Below are positions 48,146 through 58,643 of a DNA stretch of 64,000 bases, one piece after another (within the stretch, counting starts at the first letter, position 1; each line of letters opens with the position of its first letter). The stretch is from Gammaproteobacteria bacterium. GTDB lineage: Bacteria; Pseudomonadota; Gammaproteobacteria; GCA-002705445; GCA-002716945. A program made the translations under genes and the position numbers. The notes below the pieces were generated by a model. That model was not told the DNA's origin and made no database searches. It saw nothing but the letters and a program-made list of their open reading frames with translations. The stretch covers positions 747,328 through 811,327 of the forward strand of contig JAYQJW010000002.1 of the NCBI GenBank assembly GCA_038142325.1, in the 5' to 3' direction.

Positions 48146-49395
48146 CTATCTATTTCTCCAAACACTATATCCTGTGTTCCAATGATAGTCACAACATCGG
48201 ATAACATGTGGCCTTTGGACATTTCATTTAAAGCAGCAAGATGAGGAAAACCTGGTGCTCTTATTTTTAACCTATAAGGTTTATTAGCACCATCAGAAAT
48301 CATATAGACACCAAATTCTCCCTTTGGTGCTTCAACACATGAATAAGTTTCACCAGCTGGTAAACAATATCCCTCACTAAATAATTTAAAGTGATGTATC
48401 AATGATTCCATGCTGTCTTTCATTTCATCTCTATCTGGTGGAGCAATTTTTGAATTAGAAGATATGAAATCTCCATCATCATTTTTTAACCAATCACAGC
48501 ATTGTTTTATAATTTTCGCAGACTCTCTCATTTCTTGTATTCTCACTAAGTATCTATCATATGTGTCACCTTCAGTACCTATGGGTATATCAAATTTAAG
48601 ATTCTTATAGATTTCATAAGGTTGTTTTTTTCTCAAATCCCATTCAACGCCTGAACCTCTTAGCATAGGTCCAGTGAAGCCAAGATCAATGGCTCTCTCA
48701 GGCGATACAACCCCAATGCCGACTGTTCTCTGCTTCCATATTCTATTTTCTGTTAATAAGTTCTCATATTCATCAACATTTTGTGGAAATCTATCCACGA
48801 AACTATCTATAAAATCAAGAAGAGTGCCTTCTCTGTTGTAATTAAGACTTTTGATTTGGTCAAGATTTTGATTTTTGTTAGTCATGAACTTCGGCATAGT
48901 TTTAGGCAGGTCCTTAGCGACACCTCCCGGTCTATAGTAAGTTGCATGCATTCTAGTACCAGAAACTGCTTCATAACAATCCATTAAATCCTCTCTTTCT
49001 CTGAAAGCATAGAGAAATACAGACATTGCTCCAATATCAAGAGCGTGAGCACCCAACCATAGAAGATGATTTAGAATTCGAGTAATTTCATCAAACATTA
49101 CTCTTATGTATTTAGCTCTTTCAGGTATATCAAGCTTCATGATATCTTCAATTGCAAGAACATAAGCATGTTCATTACACATCATTGAGACATAATCCAG
49201 TCTATCCATATAGCCGATGCTTTGGTTGTACGGTTTTGATTCAGCTAACTTCTCTGTTGCGCGATGCAATAAACCTATATGAGGATCTGCGCTACGAATG
49301 ACCTCGCCGTCCATTTCTAAAATTAATCTCAAAACACCATGAGCAGCTGGATGCTGAGGACCGAAATTCATAGTGAAATTTTTATAATCACTCAT
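48142..49395 (-). CDS. nuoD: NADH-quinone oxidoreductase subunit D
   Basis: [29 protein letters not shown]. Confidence 0.97.
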   Translation of the reverse strand: MSDYKNFTMNFGPQHPAAHGVLRLILEMDGEVIRSADPHIGLLHRATEKLAESKPYNQSIGYMDRLDYVSMMCNEHAYVLAIEDIMKLDIPERAKYIRVMFDEITRILNHLLWLGAHALDIGAMSVFLYAFREREDLMDCYEAVSGTRMHATYYRPGGVAKDLPKTMPKFMTNKNQNLDQIKSLNYNREGTLLDFIDSFVDRFPQNVDEYENLLTENRIWKQRTVGIGVVSPERAIDLGFTGPMLRGSGVEWDLRKKQPYEIYKNLKFDIPIGTEGDTYDRYLVRIQEMRESAKIIKQCCDWLKNDDGDFISSNSKIAPPDRDEMKDSMESLIHHFKLFSEGYCLPAGETYSCVEAPKGEFGVYMISDGANKPYRLKIRAPGFPHLAALNEMSKGHMLSDVVTIIGTQDIVFGEIDR

Positions 49396-50035
49396 CGTTT
49401 TTCCTTATAACTTTTGGAACAAGTGTTCTTGCTTTAATATCAACTGGCTCATTTACTACTTGTTTCTTTTCCGGGTCATATTTAACTTGTGTATATCCCG
49501 TTAATGGGAATTTTTTTCTAAATGGATGGCCTACAAAACCATAATCCGTGAGAATTCTTCTTAAATCATCATGTCCGTCAAAAAGTACACCATAAAGATC
49601 ATAAGCCTCTCTCTCGTACCAATCAGCTGATGCAAATAAATCTGTTACAGACGGTATTATTAGAGAATCTTTCTCTAAAAAACATTTAACTCGTAGTCTT
49701 AGATTTTTATTAAGTGATAACAAATGATATACAACGCACAAATTGTACTCATCTTCATCTGTGTCATCGGCTATATCAATTCTGCTATGTGAAGTTGGAT
49801 TAATTCCTCTATTGTAACCAGTATTTGTAGCTTCTCGTGTTTGCCATTCTGATATACCGTACTCAATATAGTCAACGGCACATAGATCTACAAGCTGAGT
49901 AAATTGTGTATTTATATCTTCTTTAAGAATCTTTAAAACTTTTCTTAAATTTGCGACTGTTACTGTACATGTGATGATATCAAGTTGTTGATAGTCAATA
50001 ACATGCTCTTCTATGAGCTTTTTAATTTCTTGCAT
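49388..50035 (-). CDS. nuoC: NADH-quinone oxidoreductase subunit C
   Basis: [28 protein letters not shown]. Confidence 0.95.
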   Translation of the reverse strand: MQEIKKLIEEHVIDYQQLDIITCTVTVANLRKVLKILKEDINTQFTQLVDLCAVDYIEYGISEWQTREATNTGYNRGINPTSHSRIDIADDTDEDEYNLCVVYHLLSLNKNLRLRVKCFLEKDSLIIPSVTDLFASADWYEREAYDLYGVLFDGHDDLRRILTDYGFVGHPFRKKFPLTGYTQVKYDPEKKQVVNEPVDIKARTLVPKVIRKNDE

Positions 50036-50037
50036 AG

Positions 50038-50517
50038 TTATTTAACTGAAATTCTATTCTTGTTTCTTATTTTGTTTTGAAGTTGAAGTATTCCATACAA
50101 TAATGCTTCAGCCGTTGGCGGGCAACCGGGAACATATACATCTACTGGAACAATTCTATCGCAGCCCCTGACTACAGAATATGAATAATGATAATACCCT
50201 CCGCCATTAGCACATGATCCCATTGATATAACCCATTTAGGATCAGCCATCTGGTCGTAAACTTTTCTTAAAGCAGGAGCCATTTTATTTACTAATGTGC
50301 CTGCAACTATCATTACGTCAGATTGTCTTGGGCTTGGTCTAAAAAGCATTCCAAATCTATCTAAATCATATCGAGACGCGCCTGCATGCATCATCTCGAC
50401 AGCGCAACATGCTAGGCCAAATGTCATTGGCCAAAGTGAACCAGTTCTTGCCCAATCAAAAAGACTATCAGAGTCTGCAAGAACAAAACCATCTCTTTGT
50501 ATATTTTCTAATCCCAC
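50038..50517 (-). CDS. nuoB: NADH-quinone oxidoreductase subunit B
   Basis: [21 protein letters not shown]. Confidence 0.97.
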   Translation of the reverse strand: MGLENIQRDGFVLADSDSLFDWARTGSLWPMTFGLACCAVEMMHAGASRYDLDRFGMLFRPSPRQSDVMIVAGTLVNKMAPALRKVYDQMADPKWVISMGSCANGGGYYHYSYSVVRGCDRIVPVDVYVPGCPPTAEALLYGILQLQNKIRNKNRISVK

Positions 50518-50864
50518 TCAAGAGCTCCTTTTTTCCATTCATAAATAAATCCAATTAAAAGTATGAAAATAAATATACCCATTGCAACATATCCTTCCAT
50601 ACCTATATGATCTAGTACAACTGCCCATGGAAATAGAAATGCTATTTCCAAGTCAAAAATAATAAAAAGAATAGCAACAAGATAAAACCTAACATCAAAT
50701 TTCATGCGAGAGTCATCGAATGGCTCAAATCCACATTCATAAGGGGAGTTCTTCTCGTCGTCAGGATTGCTACCACCGAAAAAAAATCCTGCAGACAACA
50801 TAACGGTTCCAAATAAAATTGCTAATGCCAAAAAAATTAGTATAGGCAGGTATTCATTAATCAT
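50508..50864 (-). CDS. nuoA: NADH-quinone oxidoreductase subunit A
   Basis: [25 protein letters not shown]. Confidence 0.96.
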   Translation of the reverse strand: MINEYLPILIFLALAILFGTVMLSAGFFFGGSNPDDEKNSPYECGFEPFDDSRMKFDVRFYLVAILFIIFDLEIAFLFPWAVVLDHIGMEGYVAMGIFIFILLIGFIYEWKKGALEWD

Positions 50865-50916
50865 GTCTTATTATATCCTATATATAATGAATTACTAATA
50901 TGCATTATATTAATCA

Positions 50917-51489
50917 ATGGACTCAGAAAATACCTTAAATACACTAGAAAAAGTCAGAGATAATATAAATTACCTCCTTTCTGATGGGGTAAAAAATAGA
51001 AAATCAGATTTTAGGACTTTTACGTTATGTACTTCTGGAGATTACCCTTCCGGCAGAACAGTAGTGCTTAGAGGATATAATTCTGATAATGGTATTCTAA
51101 CCTTTCATTCAAATATTCACGCAGAAAAAATTGAGCAATTAAAAACTAATCCAAATGTTTGTTGTGTTTTTTACAGCAAATCAAAAAAAATCCAAATAAG
51201 AATTTTTGGTCATGCATGTATAAATCATGAAAATGGCAGATCATCTCATTCATGGAATAGAATGAGTGACATGTCAAAAGAATGTTACTTTCAAGAACCA
51301 AACCCAGGAACTGTGCTTAGTAATTACGATAAATATGTAACAGAAATTAAAGAGAAGGAGAGTATTGCGTTTAGTGTTATTGATATAGATATTAAAAAAA
51401 TAGATTGGTTATATCTTAAAAGAGAAGGGCACAGAAGAGCAAACTTATTCTTCAGTATTAAAGAAGATGATGTGTGGGTAAGCCCATAG
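50917..51489 (+). CDS. Pyridoxamine 5'-phosphate oxidase-related FMN-binding protein
   Basis: PSGRTVVLRG, K..Q....P, QIRI.G, DWLYL...GHRRA. Confidence 0.8.
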   Translation: MDSENTLNTLEKVRDNINYLLSDGVKNRKSDFRTFTLCTSGDYPSGRTVVLRGYNSDNGILTFHSNIHAEKIEQLKTNPNVCCVFYSKSKKIQIRIFGHACINHENGRSSHSWNRMSDMSKECYFQEPNPGTVLSNYDKYVTEIKEKESIAFSVIDIDIKKIDWLYLKREGHRRANLFFSIKEDDVWVSP

Positions 51490-51493
51490 ATTT

Positions 51494-51575
51494 TGCCGAT
51501 GGCCGGACTCGAACCGGCACGACTCTCGCCACTGCCCCCTCAAGACAGCGTGTCTACCAATTCCACCACATCGGC
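51494..51575 (-). tRNA. tRNA-Leu (GAG), CCA not encoded
   Basis: GCCGATG acceptor stem, anticodon arm CTGTC-TTGAGGG-GGCAG, long variable arm, GGTTCGAGTCC; leuU position after secG. Confidence 0.95.
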
Positions 51576-51887
51576 TTATGGTTTATCGAATTTTTCTTGC
51601 TCATCAATTACTTTATCTTCAGTTGGTTCTGTAATTAGACTTTTAGAGCCTTGGCTTTTATTAGATGAGATATAGGCCAGGCTTAAACTAGTTACAAAAA
51701 AGCTAAGAGCAATTGCAGTAGTAAGTTTATTAAGGAAAGTCGCGTTCCCACGTGCCCCAAAAACAGTCGATGATGCGCCAGATCCAAATGCAGCACCTGC
51801 ATCAGCACCTTTACCTTGCTGTATGAGAACTAAAACGATTAGTATCACTGCAAGAATAATATGAATTGTTAGTAGCGCTGTTTGCAT
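51576..51887 (-). CDS. secG: Preprotein translocase subunit SecG
   Basis: LIQQGKGADAGAAFGSGASSTVFG. Confidence 0.95.
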   Translation of the reverse strand: MQTALLTIHIILAVILIVLVLIQQGKGADAGAAFGSGASSTVFGARGNATFLNKLTTAIALSFFVTSLSLAYISSNKSQGSKSLITEPTEDKVIDEQEKFDKP

Positions 51888-51899
51888 TGTGTATTTATC

Positions 51900-52658
51900 T
51901 CAGATTGTGGAACAAATATCAATAAATTTTTTAGGCATAAGTGATGCACCACCAATTAAAAGTCCATCCATGTATTGTGTAGTCATCAAAGTGGAAGCAT
52001 TATCAGGAGTTACGCTACCTCCATACAATATTTTGATAGACGAATACTTTTTATTAAATTGATTTATCGTTTCTCTTATGTAATTAAAAATTAATGTCAA
52101 TTCTTCTTGTGTAGGTACCAAGCCGCTGCCTATAGCCCAAACAGGTTCATAAGCAATAATTAAATTATTAGGAGAATTTTTAATTCTATTTCCGTTCTCC
52201 TTAAATAGATGCTTAATTTGATTCTTTAAAATAATTTTAGTTTTTTTATTTTTATATTGATTGAGGGTCTCTCCAATACAATATATTATTTTTATATTTT
52301 TTTCATACAGCCTAGACACCTTATTTGATAATGTAATTTCATCCTCATTCAGGACATGTCTTCTTTCAGAGTGACCGACTAGACAATATTTTATTTTTAA
52401 GTCTTTAAGCATTGAGGAAGATATTTCGCCAGTATATGCTCCATTATTAAATTCTGAAACATTCTGGGAACCAATTTGAACTTTCTTTTTACCAAGCAAT
52501 TCATTTACTTCTGATAAGTATACACTTGGAGGGAAAATTATAATGTCAGCGCTATATTGATTTTTTTGTACTGCGCTCGTTATGCTTTTCGTTAGACTAA
52601 TAGAACTCTTTAGAGTACCGTTTTGCTTCCAGTTACCTGCGATGATTTTCTTTGCCAT
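51900..52658 (-). CDS. tpiA: Triosephosphate isomerase
   Basis: AGNWK, GHSERR, AYEPVWAIG, YGGSV, GGASL. Confidence 0.96.
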   Translation of the reverse strand: MAKKIIAGNWKQNGTLKSSISLTKSITSAVQKNQYSADIIIFPPSVYLSEVNELLGKKKVQIGSQNVSEFNNGAYTGEISSSMLKDLKIKYCLVGHSERRHVLNEDEITLSNKVSRLYEKNIKIIYCIGETLNQYKNKKTKIILKNQIKHLFKENGNRIKNSPNNLIIAYEPVWAIGSGLVPTQEELTLIFNYIRETINQFNKKYSSIKILYGGSVTPDNASTLMTTQYMDGLLIGGASLMPKKFIDICSTI

Positions 52659-53987
52659 TATGATAATGTATCAATTACTTTTTTAGCTTCTTGAAGAAGA
52701 TCTTCAGATTCATGTTCTATTAAAATACGTATCATTGATTGTGTTCCAGATTTTCTAACAAGAATTCTACCATCTTTTTGTAAAATTTTTTCTACTTTAG
52801 TAAATTTTGATTTATTATTGTTAATTAATATATCTGGTGATGATGTCTCAACATTAATTAACATAGATGGTACTTTTAAGCTCTTTGGGTATACCTCATA
52901 AATATTTTTATCTATGTCATACAACAGATGTATGAATTTTATCAAGGTAACAAGTGCATCACCAATAGGAATTTGAATAATGTCGTTACGCACTATATGT
53001 CCTGATGATTCAGTACCAATTAAACAATTATTTTTCTTTACAGCCTCAAGAACATTTTTATCGCCAACATCAGTCTCAACAAACTTAATACCATTCAAAC
53101 TAAGATTTTTTCTTATACCGAAATTTGTCATAACTGTTCCAACAACTTTTTTTATATCATTTGAGTATATTGCGAATAAATATAGTAGATCGTCTCCATC
53201 AAGTATTTCCCCTACAGAATTAATAATAACAGCACGATCTCCATCTCCATCAAAGCAAATGCCAAAATCTATAAGAGTGTTCTCATTATTTTTATTATGA
53301 TTAGAGACTATTTCTGATAACTGTTCAGGACAGACAGCACCGCATTTATCATTAATATTTGAACCATTTGGTGAATTATTGAAAATATTGATATTAATAT
53401 TATTTGTAAAATTTATGGTCGATATCACTTCAGACATTGCTCCGTTTGCACAATCAACAGCAATATTTAATTTATGAGAAGATTTTTTTTTAGAATTAAA
53501 TATTTCTGTTATTTTATTTGAATAAATATCTCTGTATGAATCATCTTGAACCATTTGAATGCTTATGTCTGGATTAATGCTAATAGTTTCAGGTATTTTT
53601 TTCAACTTGAAGCTCTTCAGCTTGCGATAATTTTAAGCCATTACCATTAAATATTTTGATACCATTATCCGTATAAGGATTATGAGATGCTGTGATGATT
53701 ATTCCTACGGTATCTCTTTTATCATTCTCAGATAATATAATGGGTATTGAGGGTGTAGGGAAAATACCTAAGTATTTTATTTCATATTGTCTATCAGATA
53801 ATATACCCTCAAGTAGTTTGGTAATAATTTGAAGTGATGATTCTCTGCCGTCCTGACAAATTACTATTCTTTTGATATTTCCGTTGAAAAACTTAGATAA
53901 AGCAAAACCAATTTTTTGTATAAATGAATCATCTAACGGATAATTTCCATACTTACCTCTTATTCCATCTGTTCCGAATAGATTCAT
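52658..53987 (-). CDS. glmM: Phosphoglucosamine mutase; apparent frameshift near 53600
   Basis: FGTDGIRG, TASHNP..DNGIK, FDGDGDR, RKSGT; folP-glmM order. Confidence 0.9.
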
Positions 53988-54787
53988 AATTCAGATGGTA
54001 TAAGATCAATAAAATTCAATAGCATTTTTGTTTCTTTAACGTCATGTACTCTTAAAATTGAGGCTCCATTTTTAATTGCTATTATTGTTGCAGCAAGTGA
54101 ACCATATAGTCTTTCAGATGCGGGTTTATTTATAACATTTCCAATCATGCTTTTGCGAGAAATACCCGATAAAATTCTGCAGCCTATTTTTGAGAATTTT
54201 GCTAAATTATTTAAGAGTATATAATTATGATTAAGTGTTTTACCAAAACCGAAACCAGGATCGATAATTATTTTTTTTCTAGGAATCTCATAATCTAAAC
54301 ACCTCTTCACTTTTCCCTCTAAATAATGATATATGTCGTCTATAAGGTTGTCATACTTTGGATTATCCTGCATATTTTTTGGTGTACCTTGCATATGCAT
54401 TAGAGAAACATATAGCTGATTCTCTTTTATTACATCATATAAATCTTCATCCTCTAGAGAAGAGATATCATTAACTATATTGATATTATACTTAGTTAGC
54501 TTCTTAATTACCTCAGAGCTTCTAGTATCTATTGATATGGGTATATTAGATATTTCTCGAATAGCTTCGACAACTGGTTCAATTTTTTTTATTTGCAAAG
54601 AGGGGGAAACTGGTTCTGAGCCAGGTTTGGATGATTCAGCGCCAATGTCTATGATATCAGCTCCGTCACTAATCATATTTGATGCGTGTTTAATTGATTT
54701 TTTTAAGTCATTAAACTTTCCACCATCATAAAATGAATTTTCTGTAATATTTAAAACTCCCATTATTTCAATGTTATTCATTTTCAC
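53984..54787 (-). CDS. folP: Dihydropteroate synthase
   Basis: MGVLNIT..SFYDGG, DPGFGFGK, SRKS, RVHDV. Confidence 0.95.
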   Translation of the reverse strand: MKMNNIEIMGVLNITENSFYDGGKFNDLKKSIKHASNMISDGADIIDIGAESSKPGSEPVSPSLQIKKIEPVVEAIREISNIPISIDTRSSEVIKKLTKYNINIVNDISSLEDEDLYDVIKENQLYVSLMHMQGTPKNMQDNPKYDNLIDDIYHYLEGKVKRCLDYEIPRKKIIIDPGFGFGKTLNHNYILLNNLAKFSKIGCRILSGISRKSMIGNVINKPASERLYGSLAATIIAIKNGASILRVHDVKETKMLLNFIDLIPSEL

Positions 54788-55475
54788 CTTTAAATTTTTC
54801 TTTATATTTATCTACTCTTTCTTTAAATTTCTTTTGATACCATAAGAATTCATTATCTTTAATTATAAACTCTTGAAACTCTAAATTAGGCGTACACATT
54901 AGTATAACCCCTTGTTGTATTTTTGTATTATGCTGCAAGTTATGAGCAAGCGCATATGCAGATGTTTGAAGAAAGTAATCACTAATCCATTCCCTTTTTT
55001 TCATTTTTTTTGATGACTTAAAATCAATGATAGATTCACAATTATCATACACCCCACATAGATCGGTTGTTCCAGCGTGTGAGTCTGGATAAAATAAGGG
55101 AATTTCACAACCCCAAATTTCGTTTAACTTCTTTTCAAGAGCATGACTAATGATTGTATCAGACATTTTTTTTTCAATATCATCTGAAAATTCAAAATTC
55201 AAAGACTGTTTTCCATGAAGGGCATCCTCTAAGTTCTTATGCATCTTATCGCCCCTTGATGTTGACTCATTTATAATTCGTGTTTCCTCAACTTGTCCCA
55301 CTCTATCCCTCCATGCGTTTAATGAATCAATATCTTTTTGTGCTTTTGTTTTTTCTAGAATAGTAGTTACAGATGGAACTTTGTTTCCATCAAGACTGTA
55401 ATGGCGCGCTCCTGATTTATCAGTAACTCTTTTTAGAGCGCTATAGATGAATCTTTTATTCCAAAGATGTAGCAA
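54774..55475 (-). CDS. PD-(D/E)XK (RecB-like) exonuclease, phage/MGME1-like
   Basis: PSVTTIL, RG..MH..LE, E.PL, AGTTDL, IIDFKSS, YFLQ..AYA motifs. Confidence 0.8.
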   Translation of the reverse strand: MLHLWNKRFIYSALKRVTDKSGARHYSLDGNKVPSVTTILEKTKAQKDIDSLNAWRDRVGQVEETRIINESTSRGDKMHKNLEDALHGKQSLNFEFSDDIEKKMSDTIISHALEKKLNEIWGCEIPLFYPDSHAGTTDLCGVYDNCESIIDFKSSKKMKKREWISDYFLQTSAYALAHNLQHNTKIQQGVILMCTPNLEFQEFIIKDNEFLWYQKKFKERVDKYKEKFKGENE

Positions 55476-55487
55476 ATAATATGTCCA

Positions 55488-55515
55488 TGCTAGTAATAAT
55501 TTTTATATACTAGCA
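55488..55515. repeat. Inverted repeat TGCTAGTA-N12-TACTAGCA between ftsH and the nuclease gene
   Basis: Perfect 8-bp arms at 55488-55495 and 55508-55515. Confidence 0.75.
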
Positions 55516-55533
55516 CGAACTCTTTTTATTGTC

Positions 55534-57444
55534 TTATGATGCTGGGGATGCTGAAGGGCTGTCTTTTGATGCCACGTCAGATGGCTTGCCAGAAGAGCTG
55601 TTATCATCATCTGACCAACTATCGGGTGCATCTGGAACTTTGCCTTCCATTATCTGATCAATTTGTTCGACATCGATAGTCTCATATTTCATGAGAGCAT
55701 CAGCCATTAGGTGCATCTTATCTAAATTGTCTTTGATAAGTTTAGTAGCTCTAGTGTACTGAGTATCAATAATTTTCCTGATTTCAGTATCAATCGAACT
55801 AACAGTTTCATTAGATATATTTTTGTTATTTTGAGATGCTGATTTTCCTAGAAAAACTTCTTGTTGTTCCTCTCCGTAAGCAAGCGGGCCCATTTTATCA
55901 GAAAGACCCCATTTCGTGACCATATTACGAGCTAAGTCAGTGGCTCTCTCAATGTCATTGGAGGCTCCTGTGGTCACAGCGTCATCACCAAATATAACTT
56001 CTTCTGCGACACGCCCTCCGAACAGAGCAGCAATCATGCTATTGATACGTTGCCTGCTATTACTGTATCTGTCCTCCTCTGGCAGAAACATCGTCACGCC
56101 AAGGGCTCTTCCTCTAGGAATAATACTTACTTTGTATACTGGGTCATGGTCAGGTACGAGCCTTCCAACAATTGCATGTCCTGCTTCATGATAAGCTGTA
56201 AGTTTTTTCTCATCATCATTCATAACCATTGATTTGCGTTCTCCGCCCATGAGAATTTTGTCTTTAGCTTTTTCGAAATCATCCATATCAACGATTTTTT
56301 TATTTGCTCTTGCAGCAAATAAAGCTGCTTCGTTAACCAAATTTGCTAAGTCAGCACCAGAGAATCCTGGTGTACCTCTTGCAAGTATTTTAGGGTTAAC
56401 ATCATTTGCAATTGGTGTTTTTCTCATGTGAACTTTAAGAATTTGCTCTCTGCCACGTATATCAGGAAGAGGTACTGTAACTTGTCTATCAAATCTTCCA
56501 GGTCTTAGAAGTGCAGGATCAAGTACATCAGGTCGGTTAGTTGCCGCAATAACAATAACTCCCTCATTTCCTTCAAACCCGTCCATTTCAACAAGAAGCT
56601 GATTCAAAGTTTGTTCACGTTCATCATGACCTCCACCTAAACCTGCGCCTCTGTGTCTTCCGACAGCATCTATTTCATCAATAAAGATTATGCATGGAGC
56701 ATGTTTTTTAGCTTGTTCAAACATATCTCTAACTCTGGATGCTCCAACACCAACAAACATCTCTACGAAATCTGATCCAGAAATAGTGAAAAAAGGAACT
56801 TTAGCTTCACCTGCGATTGCTCTAGCAAGAAGTGTTTTACCGGTACCAGGTGAACCTGACATTAAAACGCCTCTTGGTATATTACCGCCTAGATTTTGAA
56901 ACTTAGCAGGATCTCTTAGAAAATCTACCAACTCCTTAACTTCTTCTTTTGCTTCTTCAACTCCAGCTACGTCCTTAAAAGTTACTTTGACTTGATCTTC
57001 TGTTTGCATTTTTGCTTTACTTTTACCAAAGGACATTGCTCCTCTACCACCGGCACCACCTTGCATTTGACGCATGAAAAATATCCACACACCTATTAAT
57101 AGAAGGAATGGGAACCAGTGAATAAAAATCTGTGCTAAAAATGATTGTTTTTCTGGTGCTTTGCCGCTTATCCTTACTTTACCTTTTAAAAGCTCACCAA
57201 TAAGCGCTGAGTTATCAGTCTCAGGGCTGTATGTCATAAAAGTTTCACCTGACTTAAAAGAACCTGATATTTCTCTCCCGGAAATTGTTACTTCTTCAAC
57301 TTGTCCAGTTTGGACTTGCTGCATAAAATCAGTGTAGTTATATTCTTGTGAAGCTGTATTTCTTCCACCTACGCCTGTAAACAGTGACATGATCACTACA
57401 GCGATTATCGTCCATATAACTAAATTTTTTACTAGGTCTCCCAT
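55534..57444 (-). CDS. ftsH: ATP-dependent zinc metalloprotease FtsH
   Basis: GSPGTGKT Walker [26 protein letters not shown]; SD AGGGAG. Confidence 0.97.
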   Translation of the reverse strand: MGDLVKNLVIWTIIAVVIMSLFTGVGGRNTASQEYNYTDFMQQVQTGQVEEVTISGREISGSFKSGETFMTYSPETDNSALIGELLKGKVRISGKAPEKQSFLAQIFIHWFPFLLLIGVWIFFMRQMQGGAGGRGAMSFGKSKAKMQTEDQVKVTFKDVAGVEEAKEEVKELVDFLRDPAKFQNLGGNIPRGVLMSGSPGTGKTLLARAIAGEAKVPFFTISGSDFVEMFVGVGASRVRDMFEQAKKHAPCIIFIDEIDAVGRHRGAGLGGGHDEREQTLNQLLVEMDGFEGNEGVIVIAATNRPDVLDPALLRPGRFDRQVTVPLPDIRGREQILKVHMRKTPIANDVNPKILARGTPGFSGADLANLVNEAALFAARANKKIVDMDDFEKAKDKILMGGERKSMVMNDDEKKLTAYHEAGHAIVGRLVPDHDPVYKVSIIPRGRALGVTMFLPEEDRYSNSRQRINSMIAALFGGRVAEEVIFGDDAVTTGASNDIERATDLARNMVTKWGLSDKMGPLAYGEEQQEVFLGKSASQNNKNISNETVSSIDTEIRKIIDTQYTRATKLIKDNLDKMHLMADALMKYETIDVEQIDQIMEGKVPDAPDSWSDDDNSSSGKPSDVASKDSPSASPAS

Positions 57445-57505
57445 AATACTCCCTACTTTAGAATCATTCTAAGTTTGACATTGTTAATTAATAATTTCAA
57501 TCATA

Positions 57506-58117
57506 TCAGTCTTTAAATCCATTACAAATGAAGAATATTTCATTACTTTTGCTTCTTGATGATTCTGGCTTGAATGAATTTACCTTATTAAATGAGCCTC
57601 CTAGCTTATTTCTTACCATGTCATAAGATGATCCATTAAAAAACTTCATAACTAAAATCCCTTTTTTCTTAAGAAGAATCGAGCATATTTCAAGTATTGA
57701 CTCAAATATTTCAACAAAATTTGCCTGATCAATATCTTCTATACCTGTAATGTTAGGGGCTATATCTGATAAAACAAGGTCTGCCCTAGTGATTAATTTA
57801 TTGATTTGTTCTCTGCTACAGGGTTCATTTATATCGCCACGTATAAAATTTACGTTATTTATGGGCTTCATCTCTAGCATATCTATGGCAACAATATTTT
57901 TTTTATCATAATTCTTAGATATGTACTCTGACCAAGAACCTGGAGCAGAACCAAGATCAAGTATATTATGGCACGAATTTATAATTTTAAATTTATTGTC
58001 AATTTCAAAAAGTTTGTGGAAAGCTCTCGACCTATAACCTTCAGATTGAGATAGTTTTACATATTTATCTTTTGAATGTTTATTTATCCAAGTTTTTGTA
58101 CTTTTCTTTTTCACCAT
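57506..58117 (-). CDS. rlmE: 23S rRNA Um2552 methyltransferase
   Basis: YRSRA..KL, DLGSAPGSW, SDIAPN.TG, KPESSR..S.E. Confidence 0.92.
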   Translation of the reverse strand: MVKKKSTKTWINKHSKDKYVKLSQSEGYRSRAFHKLFEIDNKFKIINSCHNILDLGSAPGSWSEYISKNYDKKNIVAIDMLEMKPINNVNFIRGDINEPCSREQINKLITRADLVLSDIAPNITGIEDIDQANFVEIFESILEICSILLKKKGILVMKFFNGSSYDMVRNKLGGSFNKVNSFKPESSRSKSNEIFFICNGFKD

Positions 58118-58136
58118 TACGTTATAACCTTACAAC

Positions 58137-58643
58137 ATGGCTAAAGTAACATTGAAAGGTAATGAAGTTAATACTAATTCCGATATTGTTAGCGTGGGTA
58201 CATCAGCGCCAGATTTTACATTAGTTGATTCTGATCTTAATGATATTAGTTTATCGAATTTTGAAGGTAAAAATAAAATTCTAAGTATTGTTCCAAGTTT
58301 AGATACCCCAGTATGCCAAAAATCTACACTAGTCTTTAATGAGAAGGTTAATCAACTGAATGACACTGTTATGTTGATAGTATCAAGTGATTTGCCATTT
58401 GCAATGAAGCGTTTTTGTACAGCTGAATCGTTGAATAATGTTGTTCCAGTGTCCATGATGCGAACACGTAGTTTTGCAAAAGACTATGGCGTTCTTCTTG
58501 TTGATGGGCCTCTCTCAGGCATTACAACAAGAGCTGTTGTAACGATATCAAAAGATAATAAAATTCTTCACTCAGAATTGGTATCAGAGATCGCTAACGA
58601 ACCAAACTACCAAGCTGCGCTAGATTCTATTTCAAATAATTAA
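58137..58643 (+). CDS. tpx: Thiol peroxidase Tpx
   Basis: VPSLDTPVC, SDLPFAMKRFC, EIANEPNY. Confidence 0.93.
   Translation: MAKVTLKGNEVNTNSDIVSVGTSAPDFTLVDSDLNDISLSNFEGKNKILSIVPSLDTPVCQKSTLVFNEKVNQLNDTVMLIVSSDLPFAMKRFCTAESLNNVVPVSMMRTRSFAKDYGVLLVDGPLSGITTRAVVTISKDNKILHSELVSEIANEPNYQAALDSISNN

Noticed and set aside
50917-51575. tRNA-Leu as an integration site for an island carrying the FMN-binding gene
   Set aside because: No duplicated tRNA 3' end or mobility gene is visible; only one gene lies between the tRNA and nuoA.
51493-51675. 60-aa + strand ORF MPMAGLEPARLSPLPPQ...
   Set aside because: It is the antisense translation of tRNA-Leu and secG.
54774-55475. Nuclease as Cas4 / sign of a CRISPR system
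   Set aside because: It lacks the Cas4 four-Cys Fe-S pattern, and I saw no repeat-spacer array or other cas genes in the window.
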